NCBI GenBank assembly: GCA_041651535.1
Contig: JBAZIZ010000001.1
Coordinates: forward strand, 96,368-160,367
DNA: 64,000 nt
DNA from: Patescibacteria group bacterium
GTDB taxonomy: Bacteria; Patescibacteriota; Patescibacteriia; Magasanikbacterales; UBA922
Direction: 5' to 3'
The position numbers and the translations under genes are program-made. The notes below the pieces were generated by a model. It ran no database searches. It was not told the origin of the DNA and saw only the letters and a program-made list of their open reading frames with translations. Shown in pieces: positions 47,790 through 57,311 of the stretch (positions are counted from its first letter, which is position 1; every line of letters begins with the position of its first letter).

Positions 47790-47898
47790 ATTTCTGATTT
47801 TAGAATTAAAAAATAAAATTCTTGAAAAGTAAAAATAATTTAATATTAAAAAACTCCCTTATCAGGAGTTTTAACTTTTTAATTTTGCATTTTCAATT

Positions 47899-47918
47899 CC
47901 TGCCTACCGGCAGGCAGG
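47899..47918. terminator. GC-rich hairpin CCTGCCT-ACCGGC-AGGCAGG between convergent genes (bidirectional terminator); related to the outer stem of the 40-nt hairpin elements
   Basis: 7-bp GC stem extended by TTCAA/TTGAA, followed by TTTTT. Confidence 0.5.
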
Positions 47919-47935
47919 TTGAATTTTTAATTTGT

Positions 47936-48100
47936 TTATTTCCCTTCATCAACAATTTCTGTTTCTACATTTCCATCTTCAGTAATTTTTGTCACTAAAA
48001 GTGTAATTCCACAAATATCACATTCAATAACCTGATTTTCAGTTAAATTAGGGTAATTTTCTAAATTAATTTCGTTTTTACATTCTGGACAAATAAGTTT
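47936..48100 (-). CDS. small zinc-ribbon protein (LysW-like fold)
   Basis: MKLICPECKNEINLEN...VIECDICGITLLV: two CxxC pairs; ORF-track start at 48286 overlaps the divergent gene, so the Met at 48100 was chosen. Confidence 0.35.
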   Translation of the reverse strand, partial: KLICPECKNEINLENYPNLTENQVIECDICGITLLVTKITEDGNVETEIVDEGK

Positions 48101-48177
48101 CATAATGATAAAATATTTAAAAATGACTTTTATATTATATAAAAATATTACTAAACAGTCAAACCACCTAAAATTAT

Positions 48178-49095
48178 ATGAAAACACCGCAAGAATCCTA
48201 CAAAAAACTAAACGACTTTTTAAAAATAGATATTTATTTAAAAAGAGAAGATTTGCATCATTATGGTTCTCACAAAGGCCGTTCAATTCCGCTCATGATC
48301 AAAAAATATTTTAAAGAAGAAAAAATAAAAAAATTTATTATCAGTTCTTCTGGTAATGCGGCTTTAGCGGCTATTTTTGCTGTACAAAATCATAATTCAA
48401 ACAACGAAGAAAAAATTCAACTTTCAATTTTTGTCGGCAAAAATATTAATACTGAAAAATTAAAAAGATTAAATGTTTTGATAGAAAATGACAAAAATAT
48501 AATTCTCAAACAAGTAAATAATCCTAAACAAGAGGCTTTCAAAACAGAAAAACAAAATTTTCAAAATGAAAAAACAAAATTTTTACGTCAATCAACTGAC
48601 GAAAACGCACTGATTGGTTACCAGGAACTAGCCGAAGAATTAATAAATATCCCAAATTTAAAAGCAATTTTTATTCCAACCTCTTCTGGAACTACAGCTG
48701 AAGCATTAGGAAATTCTTTTGAAGAAATGAAAAAACATGAAAAAATAAAAGAAATTCCTGAAATTCATATTGTTCAAACAACAAGTTGTTTTCCGATTGC
48801 TCAGGAAATTTTTAAACAAAAAATCACAAAAGAAAAATCTTTAGCTGATGCTATTGTTGATAAAATCGCCCACCGCAAAAACAAAGTTTTAGAAAAAATA
48901 AAAAACAGTCAAGGTTCAGCTTGGATTATAAATAATGAAGAAATAAAAAAAGCACAGGAGTTAATTGCTGAAAATTGTGATTTAGCAATTTCAAATAATA
49001 GTGCTTTGTCTTTTGCAGGACTTTTGAAAGCTTTAGAAAATAATTGGAAATTCAATTCAAAAGATGCTGTGGTTTGTTTAATTACTGGTTTATAA
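48178..49095 (+). CDS. PLP-dependent enzyme of the tryptophan-synthase-beta/threonine-synthase (PALP) fold
   Basis: YGSHKGRS (PLP-lysine region); SSGNAALAAIFAV glycine-rich loop. Confidence 0.55.
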   Translation: MKTPQESYKKLNDFLKIDIYLKREDLHHYGSHKGRSIPLMIKKYFKEEKIKKFIISSSGNAALAAIFAVQNHNSNNEEKIQLSIFVGKNINTEKLKRLNVLIENDKNIILKQVNNPKQEAFKTEKQNFQNEKTKFLRQSTDENALIGYQELAEELINIPNLKAIFIPTSSGTTAEALGNSFEEMKKHEKIKEIPEIHIVQTTSCFPIAQEIFKQKITKEKSLADAIVDKIAHRKNKVLEKIKNSQGSAWIINNEEIKKAQELIAENCDLAISNNSALSFAGLLKALENNWKFNSKDAVVCLITGL

Positions 49096-50571
49096 TTTTT
49101 TATTAAAAATTCTATAAATAATTGTAACAATTTCTTCGTATAAAGTTATTGGTTTCATAATAAATACAATCGCTAAACTTAAATAAAATATTCCTAAAGC
49201 ATGGAATAAAACTGGCGTTGTTATATTAATAATTAGTAAACTACAAAGTCCAGCTAATAAACCGATATAAGCATCATGATAATCGCTCACCAAGCGAATT
49301 TTTTTTATCAATTCAAAAATTAAATAAAAATAAAAAACAATAAATAAAAAAGTTGTAATTGAACCAAGTTCGGCTATCATTTCTAAATATCCCCAATCAA
49401 AATGTTTTTCATTAACCATTAAAAAAGTATAAGGATTTAGATAACTTATTTCAGCTCCTAAACCAACTCCGAACACTGGATTATTTTGAATTAAATTTAA
49501 AATTGGATCAAGTTTAACCATTCTAGTATTTGTACTTGTTTCAATTTCAGGTGTAAACATACTTTCAAATCTAAAACCAAGCAATTCTAAACCAAAACTT
49601 TTTCCAAAACTGGAAATAAATAGAATAGACACAAACAATATAATAGTTATTAAAACCGACCAAAGTGAAACTTTTAACCAACGAGATAATTTATGTTTAT
49701 ATTTTAAAATTAAAAAACCACAACAAATTCCCAAAAAATAAGCACGAGAAAAATTTAAAATCAAAATAAGTGCAGCTGCTATAAAAAAAACTCGCCACAT
49801 CTTATTATGTTTTTCATTACGCATCAAAAGCGAAGAAATAAATAAAAGTGCTGGTGGTACAAGCAGATGTTCTGGTAAAACTATTCGATAAAAATAATAA
49901 GTTAAAAAAGTTATTTTTCCAGTCAAGACATCGCGAAACCATTTATAATATTCATCATGAATTTCAAAAATACCAAGTCTAAACATAATAAAATTGAATA
50001 GCGAGAAAATTGCGCTTCCTAATAAAAAAATCAATAACAATCTTACAAAAAAATATTTAAATTTCTTATCTTCAAAAAGATGGAAAAAAGCTAAGACAAA
50101 AGCAAAAATTGTATAAGGAATAAAGTCAGCAATTACAGATTCAAGACCATGATTATTTTTTAAACCAATAATTCCAGAAATTCCTACCAAAACTAATAAT
50201 ATTGCCAAAAAATAAAATAATTTATCATTAATATTTAAAATAAAAATTTGTTTTTTATCAGAAAATGAATAAGCTAACCATAAAAACATAAACACGAAAG
50301 TCAAAACAGTTCTGATAGATAAACCAAAAAATTCTAGATAATGTCCAGAACCACCAAATAAAAATTCAATGGAAACTAAGGCTAAAGCATGATAAGGATT
50401 TTTAAAAAATAAAATTCCTAAAAAAATTACTAAACAAAAAACCAAAAAAGCTTGGGCAAAAGGAAACGGATTAAGACAAAAAGAAGAAATTTTTAATAAA
50501 AAAAACAAAAAAAATAAATAAAAAGTTTGTTTATCAAAAAAAATTGATTTCATTTCCAAACGATCTAGCAT
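49090..50571 (-). CDS. polytopic membrane protein, O-antigen ligase/polymerase-like
   Basis: more than 10 TM segments; adjacent GT2 glycosyltransferase. Confidence 0.4.
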   Translation of the reverse strand: MLDRLEMKSIFFDKQTFYLFFLFFLLKISSFCLNPFPFAQAFLVFCLVIFLGILFFKNPYHALALVSIEFLFGGSGHYLEFFGLSIRTVLTFVFMFLWLAYSFSDKKQIFILNINDKLFYFLAILLVLVGISGIIGLKNNHGLESVIADFIPYTIFAFVLAFFHLFEDKKFKYFFVRLLLIFLLGSAIFSLFNFIMFRLGIFEIHDEYYKWFRDVLTGKITFLTYYFYRIVLPEHLLVPPALLFISSLLMRNEKHNKMWRVFFIAAALILILNFSRAYFLGICCGFLILKYKHKLSRWLKVSLWSVLITIILFVSILFISSFGKSFGLELLGFRFESMFTPEIETSTNTRMVKLDPILNLIQNNPVFGVGLGAEISYLNPYTFLMVNEKHFDWGYLEMIAELGSITTFLFIVFYFYLIFELIKKIRLVSDYHDAYIGLLAGLCSLLIINITTPVLFHALGIFYLSLAIVFIMKPITLYEEIVTIIYRIFNKKL

Positions 50572-51263
50572 AAATTATGTTTTTTAAAAATTATCTGACG
50601 AGCTAATTCGTATTTTTTAATTTTTTGGTAAAAAAAAGGTAAAAATCTAAACGGAATTTTATAAGCAAAACTTGGTAACCAAAAACTCATAGAACCACCA
50701 CCAATTATTCTATACAATGTTTTTGCTAAATAAAAACCTAAACAATTTTTTTCACTTAAAGTCAAAAAATAATCCCAATCTTGAAATTTCTTTAAATTTT
50801 CATCCCACGAAATAACTTTCTCTCGTCTAATCAGTGCTGAAGTGTGAATATAATTATTTTTTTGTAATTTATTTTTATCAAAATTTTTAGCTGTCATTTT
50901 TTTGTTGGCAAAAAAGTAATCAGAGTAAACAAAATCTATTTTACTTTCATTGTCCAAAACTTTTTTCATTTCTAAAAACATTTTAGGTTGAGCAATAATA
51001 TCAGCATCAAAAAAAATAATATAATTACCACTAGATTTTTTAAAACCAAAATTTCTGGCACTCGGTGCTCCACCATTTTCCTTTTGGAAATATTTAATAT
51101 TTAATTTATTTTGAAACTGGGTAAAAATTTCTAATATATTTTCACTACTACCATCATTAACTAAAATAACTTCAAAATCAGTATATTTTTGTTTAGTTAA
51201 AGAATCCAAACTTTTTTTTAAAATTTGTGCTCGATTATAAACAGGTATTATTACAGAAATCAT
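50565..51263 (-). CDS. family 2 glycosyltransferase
   Basis: MISVIIPVYNRAQILKKSLDSL...DGSSEN...FFDADI (DxD). Confidence 0.75.
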   Translation of the reverse strand: MISVIIPVYNRAQILKKSLDSLTKQKYTDFEVILVNDGSSENILEIFTQFQNKLNIKYFQKENGGAPSARNFGFKKSSGNYIIFFDADIIAQPKMFLEMKKVLDNESKIDFVYSDYFFANKKMTAKNFDKNKLQKNNYIHTSALIRREKVISWDENLKKFQDWDYFLTLSEKNCLGFYLAKTLYRIIGGGSMSFWLPSFAYKIPFRFLPFFYQKIKKYELARQIIFKKHNLC

Positions 51264-51267
51264 AAAT

Positions 51268-52545
51268 TTATTTTTGTTTTAACAATTCCCTAACAACTTC
51301 TCGATCATCATGTGGAATCATTTTACCATTTTTTACACAAATCATTTTTTCACTGCCTTTGCCTGTAATTAAAATCAAATCCCCTTTTTCAGCTTTTTTT
51401 ATTGCAAAAGCAATGGCTTTTTTACGATCTAAAATTTTAAAATAATTTTGATCTAAAATTTTTCCAGAATCTACCACACCTTTTTCTACATCAGCTATAA
51501 TTTTTTCTGGATCTTCATCATAAGGGTCTTCGTCTGTCAAAATACAGATATCAGCCTTTTTACCGGCTAAAAAGCCAATTTTTGGCCTTCTAGCCCTATC
51601 TCTACCGCCACCAGTGCCACCAAAAACTTGAATTAATCGATTTTTAATAAATAAATCCACAACTTTATATAATTCAGACAAAGCTACTGGTTCAAAAGCA
51701 TAATCAACAATCACTGCAAAACCATATTTTTCCGCTTCTGAAATAAATTCTATTCTGCCTGGAACTGATTTAATTTTGCTTATAGCTTCAATAATTTTTT
51801 CTTTGTCTATTTTTAAATTTTCTAAAATTTTTATAATTCCAAGTAAATTAGCAACATTATATTCTCCAAAAATATTTGCTTGATATTTTTTATTTTCATA
51901 GACAAATTCCATTCCATTTTTAATAATTTTAGTTTCTACATTTTTAGAAGAAAACTCAATTTTATTTTCAAAATTAAAATTTAAAAATTCTTCAAAATAT
52001 TTAAAATCAGAATTAACAATTGCGATTTTATTTATTTTTTTACCATTTAATATTTTTCTTTTTGAATTAGCAACATCTTTAAAAAATTTAATTTTAGCAT
52101 TTTTATAATTTTCAAATCCACCATGAGCTTCTAAATGTTCTGGATATAAATTAGTTAATAAAATTGTATCAAAATTTATAAATTTATGACGATTTTGGAC
52201 AACCCCTTCAGAACTGACTTCAATAATTGCAAAATCACATTTTTTCTTAACCATTTCTTTTAAATATTTTTGTATTTGTGTTTTACCAAGCATGGTCATT
52301 TTTTGATCATTATCTTTTTGTACACCATCAATATAAAATTCTATTGTCGAAAGAGCACCAACTTTAAAACCTAAATTTTCTAAAATTAAACGCAAAAAAT
52401 AAACTGAACTCGATTTACCACTAGTGCCAGTTACTCCAATAACAAAAATATCTTTTGCTGGATTTCTATAAATAAAAAAACCAAACCAGGCCCACAAAAA
52501 ATGATAAAAATTTTTTATTTTTTTTGGAATCATTTTTTTTATCAT
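51268..52545 (-). CDS. Mur ligase family protein
   Basis: IGVTGTSGKSSSVYFL P-loop; Mur ligase middle and C-terminal domains. Confidence 0.65.
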   Translation of the reverse strand: MIKKMIPKKIKNFYHFLWAWFGFFIYRNPAKDIFVIGVTGTSGKSSSVYFLRLILENLGFKVGALSTIEFYIDGVQKDNDQKMTMLGKTQIQKYLKEMVKKKCDFAIIEVSSEGVVQNRHKFINFDTILLTNLYPEHLEAHGGFENYKNAKIKFFKDVANSKRKILNGKKINKIAIVNSDFKYFEEFLNFNFENKIEFSSKNVETKIIKNGMEFVYENKKYQANIFGEYNVANLLGIIKILENLKIDKEKIIEAISKIKSVPGRIEFISEAEKYGFAVIVDYAFEPVALSELYKVVDLFIKNRLIQVFGGTGGGRDRARRPKIGFLAGKKADICILTDEDPYDEDPEKIIADVEKGVVDSGKILDQNYFKILDRKKAIAFAIKKAEKGDLILITGKGSEKMICVKNGKMIPHDDREVVRELLKQK

Positions 52546-52547
52546 AT

Positions 52548-53165
52548 CTATTCTCGTATACTTAATTCATAAACTATATATTCTATTTTTTTACCAGCTG
52601 TTTTTGCTTGATCAAATTTATTACGCAAATAACTTGTCAAATTAAATTCAGTCAAATCACCGATAATTTCACTCGCAATTTTTTCTGCATATTTAACTCT
52701 GCGCAAATCTTTTTTTGTAGCCATTTTTATGGCATAACGATAAATTTCTCCAGGTACATCACAAAGTCCAGCCACATAAACCTCAGCAGGAATTTTAATT
52801 TCTTTAATTTCACCTATTTTTTGATTATCTAAAAATTGAGCAAAAATTTTTGCTTCTGCATATTCTTCTAAAGCAGCTTTATAAGAACCTTCCTCCCAAA
52901 AACGACAATCATTTTTATATTTTTTTTCTAAATCTAAAATAATTTTTTCACAAGCTTTAAATTTTTCTTGTGCTTCTACAAAATCTTCTCGATGTAAAGC
53001 AAAAATTGCTCTTTTAGCAAAATGAAGAGCGTCACCACTCGCTTTGATAATTTCTCTTCTGATTTCAGAATAATTTAATAAATCTTTTTTTATTTTTTGG
53101 ATATATTGCATAAATTTGATTAAAAAATATACTTTTATGATAGCATTGTTCTGTCTTTTTTTCAA
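52548..53165 (-). CDS. hypothetical protein, possibly Translin-family
   Basis: EEYAEAKIFAQFL ... VYVAGLCDVPGEIYRYAIKMA resembles Translin conserved helices (EYxEAxxFxxF ... YxxGxxDxxGExxRxxI). Confidence 0.35.
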   Translation of the reverse strand: MKKRQNNAIIKVYFLIKFMQYIQKIKKDLLNYSEIRREIIKASGDALHFAKRAIFALHREDFVEAQEKFKACEKIILDLEKKYKNDCRFWEEGSYKAALEEYAEAKIFAQFLDNQKIGEIKEIKIPAEVYVAGLCDVPGEIYRYAIKMATKKDLRRVKYAEKIASEIIGDLTEFNLTSYLRNKFDQAKTAGKKIEYIVYELSIRE

Positions 53166-53167
53166 AT

Positions 53168-53198
53168 AAAAAAGACCTCAGGGCAAAAAGGTCTTTTT
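53168..53198. terminator. rho-independent terminator hairpin AAAGACCT / AGGTCTTT with flanking T- and A-runs
   Basis: 8-bp stem, 9-nt loop, T-run; downstream of the pspC-like gene on the minus strand. Confidence 0.5.
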
Positions 53199-53215
53199 TA
53201 TAAATTTTTCTTTGT

Positions 53216-55129
53216 CTAAAAAGACATAAATTCATATTTTATTTGCGAATAATCATCAGTATCTTTTTCTTCAGTAAAATAATATTTTTTTCCATTAACA
53301 TACATATATTTATCTGAATTTTCATCTAAAGAATAATCATCTGTACTAACTTCATAAATTTCTTCATCTTCATTAGTTCCGTTTATTTTCACTAATTTTA
53401 AATTTTTATCTTCAGTCCATTCTGCAAAAGGAATGGTTTTTGCTTCTTCAAAAATTTTTACACTATTTTCTAATATTTCTCCCATATAAAATAATTGGGA
53501 ATTATTATGCAAATCAATCTGCCAATCAGTTTTTTCGTCAGATATTATTGAAACTTTTGCTTTACTATTATCACTTAATTTCAAAATATTTTTTTTCATT
53601 TTTAAATCAAAAATATTCAAAATTGTATTATCTTGTAATTCGGCATCAAATTCTTGAACTTCGCCGATAATTTCAGCTGAGGAATAATTTTTTAAATTTA
53701 AAATTATTTTTTGTAATTTATTAACGCCAGAAAAATATAAATTACTATTATCATTTAATTCAAGATTCAAAACATTGTTTTGTTGAATGTTATCAAGAAA
53801 AACTAAAGCATGACCATTTATTTTTAAAGAATCTAATTTTGGTAAAGAGATATTTACTTTTACTGCTTCATGATAACAAGCCAAACAATAATTATTTTTT
53901 GCAATTTCTTTTTTTTGTACAAATAAAGTTTTGTCTTCAATTTTATATGTAAAATTTTCTAAATCCACATTTCTACCTATAGCTTTTATTCCAAAATTAT
54001 CTGCGCTAGTTATAGTAACCAGCATTTCGTTTTGTTCGTTATCTGTAACTACTATATTATTAAAATCTGTTTCAGGTATTGATAATTCATTTTGGGCAAA
54101 AATCGTATTATTTTTAACTTCACTAACAACTTTTGGTGCTGAACTAACACATAAAGAAAGAAACACTACAACAGCTACAACCCAAATCGATGCTAAACTT
54201 ATCCAAGTTGATAAAGCAAATAAATTTTTCTTTTTAAATAAAGACAAACTGAATATTATTGCAGCGATGACTGGTAATAAAACAGAAAAATAAACAGCTA
54301 ACAAAGTTGGATAAAAAGGTAATAAATCAGCAAATTCTTTGATTGGTATATAACTAATTAAGTATGGTTCTTTTATATTTAATAAAGCTAGTAAACTAAA
54401 AAAAGTAATCCCAGCAAAAATAATCAAAGAAAAAATTAATAAAAACAAAGCCAAACAAATTCGACAAATTGGCAGAAATAAATTAAAAATTTTTTGTAAA
54501 AAAGTAAAAAAAGTTTTGATAATTTCTATTGGAAAAAATAAAATTTTTTTTATCACATCATTTTTTTTTATTTTTTCATAACTTTCTTTAGCTTTTTTTT
54601 GAATATTAGAAATAGTTACTGATTCACCACGCATTTCTAATTTTTGCAAATTTGTTTTTGCTTCCGGAACTATTAACCAAAAAATTACATAAATAAGTAT
54701 TCCACTACCACCAAAAATTGTTAAAAGTACAAATAAAAGTCTGATAAAAACTGGATCAATTCCAAAGTAGGCTGCAATACCTGAACAAACACCTGCGACA
54801 ATAGCATCATCTGGGTTACGATAAAGTCTATGAATTTCTTCTCCTTTTTCTTCTATTTTATTTTCAAAATCATTTTCACCATAATCTATAACTTCACCCA
54901 TAATTTCTATGATATTTTCCACATCAATCAAATTTATTATTAAATGATTGTTTTTTTCAGAAAATTTTTCCGCAATTCTAGATTCAATATCATACATGAC
55001 TTCATCATGATCTGTACTTTCATCAAGCTGTGAACGCACTTTATCTAAATAATTTTTCATTTTTTCATAAGCATCTTCTTCTATGTTAAAAATTATTCCT
55101 CCTAAATTAACACTGGTTGTTTTTTTCAT
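53216..55129 (-). CDS. PspC-domain membrane protein with large extracytoplasmic C-terminal region
   Basis: DAIVAGVCSGIAAYFGIDPVFIRLLFVLLTIFGG PspC domain; several TM helices. Confidence 0.7.
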   Translation of the reverse strand: MKKTTSVNLGGIIFNIEEDAYEKMKNYLDKVRSQLDESTDHDEVMYDIESRIAEKFSEKNNHLIINLIDVENIIEIMGEVIDYGENDFENKIEEKGEEIHRLYRNPDDAIVAGVCSGIAAYFGIDPVFIRLLFVLLTIFGGSGILIYVIFWLIVPEAKTNLQKLEMRGESVTISNIQKKAKESYEKIKKNDVIKKILFFPIEIIKTFFTFLQKIFNLFLPICRICLALFLLIFSLIIFAGITFFSLLALLNIKEPYLISYIPIKEFADLLPFYPTLLAVYFSVLLPVIAAIIFSLSLFKKKNLFALSTWISLASIWVVAVVVFLSLCVSSAPKVVSEVKNNTIFAQNELSIPETDFNNIVVTDNEQNEMLVTITSADNFGIKAIGRNVDLENFTYKIEDKTLFVQKKEIAKNNYCLACYHEAVKVNISLPKLDSLKINGHALVFLDNIQQNNVLNLELNDNSNLYFSGVNKLQKIILNLKNYSSAEIIGEVQEFDAELQDNTILNIFDLKMKKNILKLSDNSKAKVSIISDEKTDWQIDLHNNSQLFYMGEILENSVKIFEEAKTIPFAEWTEDKNLKLVKINGTNEDEEIYEVSTDDYSLDENSDKYMYVNGKKYYFTEEKDTDDYSQIKYEFMSF

Positions 55130-55147
55130 ATTTTTTAAATTATTTTT

Positions 55148-55477
55148 TTATTTTTGTAAAGAATTTACTGTATTTACTAAATCTTCCCAATTATTTTTTT
55201 GCTCACGCAAAATTTCTAAACCTTTGACAGTTATAATGTAATATTTTCGTGGTGGTCCAAATTTTGATTCTTCCCAAGTATATTCAACTAAGCCAGAATT
55301 TTTTAATCGAGACAAGATTGGATAAACAGTTCCTTCAACAGCGATTAAATTTGCTTCTTTCAATTTTTTTAAAATATCACTCGCATAAATTTTTTCTTTA
55401 GAAATTACCAAAAGAATACAAAATTCCAAAATTCCTTTACGCATTTGTGACTGAATTTTTTCTGTATTTTTTAACAT
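55148..55477 (-). CDS. PadR-family transcriptional regulator
   Basis: winged HTH ...ASDILKKLKEANLIAVEGTVYPILSRLKNSGLVEY. Confidence 0.8.
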   Translation of the reverse strand: MLKNTEKIQSQMRKGILEFCILLVISKEKIYASDILKKLKEANLIAVEGTVYPILSRLKNSGLVEYTWEESKFGPPRKYYIITVKGLEILREQKNNWEDLVNTVNSLQK

Positions 55478-55570
55478 ATTTTATTAATTTTATTTTTCTA
55501 TTTGTATTATACATTTTAGTATTATGTATTACAAGGTAGTTGGTGTGGATAAGTTTTTTTAAAAGACTTC

Positions 55571-55599
55571 TTGACCGATAATAGAAAAAAGTGTAAAAT
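55571..55599 (+). promoter_or_regulatory. promoter TTGACC-N17-(TG)TAAAAT followed by a consensus AGGAGG RBS
   Basis: -35 at 55571-55576, extended -10 ending at 55599, RBS 55623-55628, ATG 55634. Confidence 0.4.
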
Positions 55600-55633
55600 A
55601 ATCCTCGGCCCTTTTTAAAAACAGGAGGAAAAA

Positions 55634-56110
55634 ATGGAACTTACAAAAAAATGGAATGTCATTGCGGAAGTCAAAGATCAGATAAAAAAAACTGATCTGT
55701 TGTTTTTTGAAAATATGATCCAGTCAGGAGGACTGGAAATATTTTCTAGGGATGAAAAAGAATTTTTTTATTTTACAAAAGATAAGAGAGTTCTTTCGGA
55801 CGATCCTCAGTGGCAGACAGATCCACAGAGGAAAATTAAAGAACTTGTTGGGTCTTTTTTTAAGCCCAACATAAAATTATTTTCTGTGCCTGATGATGAT
55901 AGAGATATCATCATCGAGCATTTTTACAAGAGTGAATTTGACCGCTATGGTCAATTCATGCCTTTGAGTGAAAAGATACGGAGCTTAATAAAATTGAGCT
56001 CTAAAAATTTTTCAGAGAAAAAAGTTTCTCTGATCATCAAGATCGGAGAAAAATCTTTCAAAGTCAACAGAGAAAAGATTGAGGTTATTCAGCCAGGTTT
56101 CACCTGGTAG
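55634..56110 (+). CDS. hypothetical protein with atypical (higher GC) composition
   Basis: 158-aa ORF; GC and codon usage visibly richer than neighbours; strong promoter, RBS and terminator. Confidence 0.5.
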   Translation: MELTKKWNVIAEVKDQIKKTDLLFFENMIQSGGLEIFSRDEKEFFYFTKDKRVLSDDPQWQTDPQRKIKELVGSFFKPNIKLFSVPDDDRDIIIEHFYKSEFDRYGQFMPLSEKIRSLIKLSSKNFSEKKVSLIIKIGEKSFKVNREKIEVIQPGFTW

Positions 56111-56139
56111 AATATTTTTTTCTTGTTAACTCCCACCCC

Positions 56140-56167
56140 CCGGCTGCAATGTCAGCCGGTTTTTTTA
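56140..56167 (+). terminator. rho-independent terminator CCGGCTG-caatgt-CAGCCGG + T8
   Basis: 7-bp GC stem and U-tract. Confidence 0.6.
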
Positions 56168-56223
56168 TTTGCCCAAAAATCAACTTTTTGCTACAATAAA
56201 CTATATATCAAAGTTTTTTTATC

Positions 56224-56252
56224 TTGACAAAGACAAAAAAATATGTTATATT
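56224..56252 (+). promoter_or_regulatory. promoter TTGACA-N17-(TG)TTATATT inside the ORF-track ORF 56169..57242
   Basis: consensus -35, 17-nt spacer, extended -10. Confidence 0.4.
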
Positions 56253-56273
56253 ACTACGTTTAATAAATTAAAT

Positions 56274-57242
56274 ATGGAAAATCCAACTAACGAAAAAATT
56301 TTAAAAAAAATAAATAAATTAGATGCAGAAATTTCTAATTCTTCTTCTAATTCTGATAATTCAAAAACAAATAAAAAGAAAGAACCTGATGCAATTGAAT
56401 TAGCAAAAAATAAAGAGCAAATCAAAGATGGAAAAACTTTTGAAACGCAATATAATGAAAAAAACCATGAACTAGATCCTTATTTAACTGATTTAGAAAA
56501 AGATTTTTTCAAACCAGAATCTACAAAAGTACAAACACAGATGATGAGTAAAATCGATAAAAATTTTTCGGATTTAGAAAAAAATATTTTATCTTTGTCA
56601 ATTAAAAATTTTGATCAAAAAATAAATTTTAGCAAAGAACAACAAAAGGATATCAAAAAAAAACTTGATGAGATTTATAATGATTTGTTAGAAGAACTAG
56701 ATTTGACAACAGAATTAAATGAAAAAAATAGAAATGTCTTAAAATACTTTTTGCAAGTAAAAAAACAAGAAATTCTTGATAAAGTTAATGATATTATTGA
56801 AAATAAAACAATTGAAAAAACTATAGAAACAGTTGATTTTGAAGCGGAAAAAGCTGAAGCAGAATTACAACAAAAACAAGAACAAAATTTAGATGTGGAA
56901 CAAATTGAAGAAAAACTAGAAAAAACAGCCGAAGAAATAAAAAAACTAGCTGAACAGTATGCAGTGACACAAAAAAATAATGATATAAAAGAAAATAGTG
57001 ATGATTCTTTCAAAAAAGCTATAAAATTAATTACTGATTTTGCCAAAACTACAAATACACAACCAAATATTTTCGTCCGTGATTTATTAAAAATTTTTGA
57101 TGCTGAAAATAATAAAAAAACTGAAAACTTTTTAAATAAATTAATTGACTTATTTGAATATAAAGAGGAAATAGATAATGAAGGAAAATTAGATTCAGAA
57201 GATATCACACACTTACAAGGGCCGGCTTTAAATATAAATTAA
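56274..57242 (+). CDS. K/E/N-rich coiled-coil protein (start moved downstream of the promoter to MENPTNEK)
   Basis: 322 aa, heptad-like low-complexity sequence; the upstream part of the ORF-track ORF contains the promoter. Confidence 0.45.
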   Translation: MENPTNEKILKKINKLDAEISNSSSNSDNSKTNKKKEPDAIELAKNKEQIKDGKTFETQYNEKNHELDPYLTDLEKDFFKPESTKVQTQMMSKIDKNFSDLEKNILSLSIKNFDQKINFSKEQQKDIKKKLDEIYNDLLEELDLTTELNEKNRNVLKYFLQVKKQEILDKVNDIIENKTIEKTIETVDFEAEKAEAELQQKQEQNLDVEQIEEKLEKTAEEIKKLAEQYAVTQKNNDIKENSDDSFKKAIKLITDFAKTTNTQPNIFVRDLLKIFDAENNKKTENFLNKLIDLFEYKEEIDNEGKLDSEDITHLQGPALNIN

Positions 57243-57311
57243 AACTATTTAATATAAACTAATAAAAACAGTCTCGCAAAGACTGTTTTGTATTTTAGAA
57301 AATAAAAAAAG

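Noticed and set aside
47936-48286. Calling the zinc-ribbon ORF a genuine LysW/ArgW amino-group carrier
   Set aside because: The CxxC...CxxC ribbon and acidic tail resemble LysW, but the protein ends in ...DEGK rather than the C-terminal Glu needed for LysX-type ligation. Only a generic zinc-ribbon call is kept. The 116-aa version in the ORF track overlaps the divergent PLP-enzyme gene and was shortened.
56169-56273. N-terminal 35 codons of ORF 56169..57242
   Set aside because: They contain a near-consensus TTGACA-N17-TATATT promoter. The start was moved to the first Met downstream of it (56274).
56675-57208. ORF 56675..57208 (-), 177 aa, Ser/Phe-rich
   Set aside because: Antisense to the low-complexity K/E-rich coiled-coil gene. 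It is a reverse-complement artefact of the AAG/GAA-rich coding strand.
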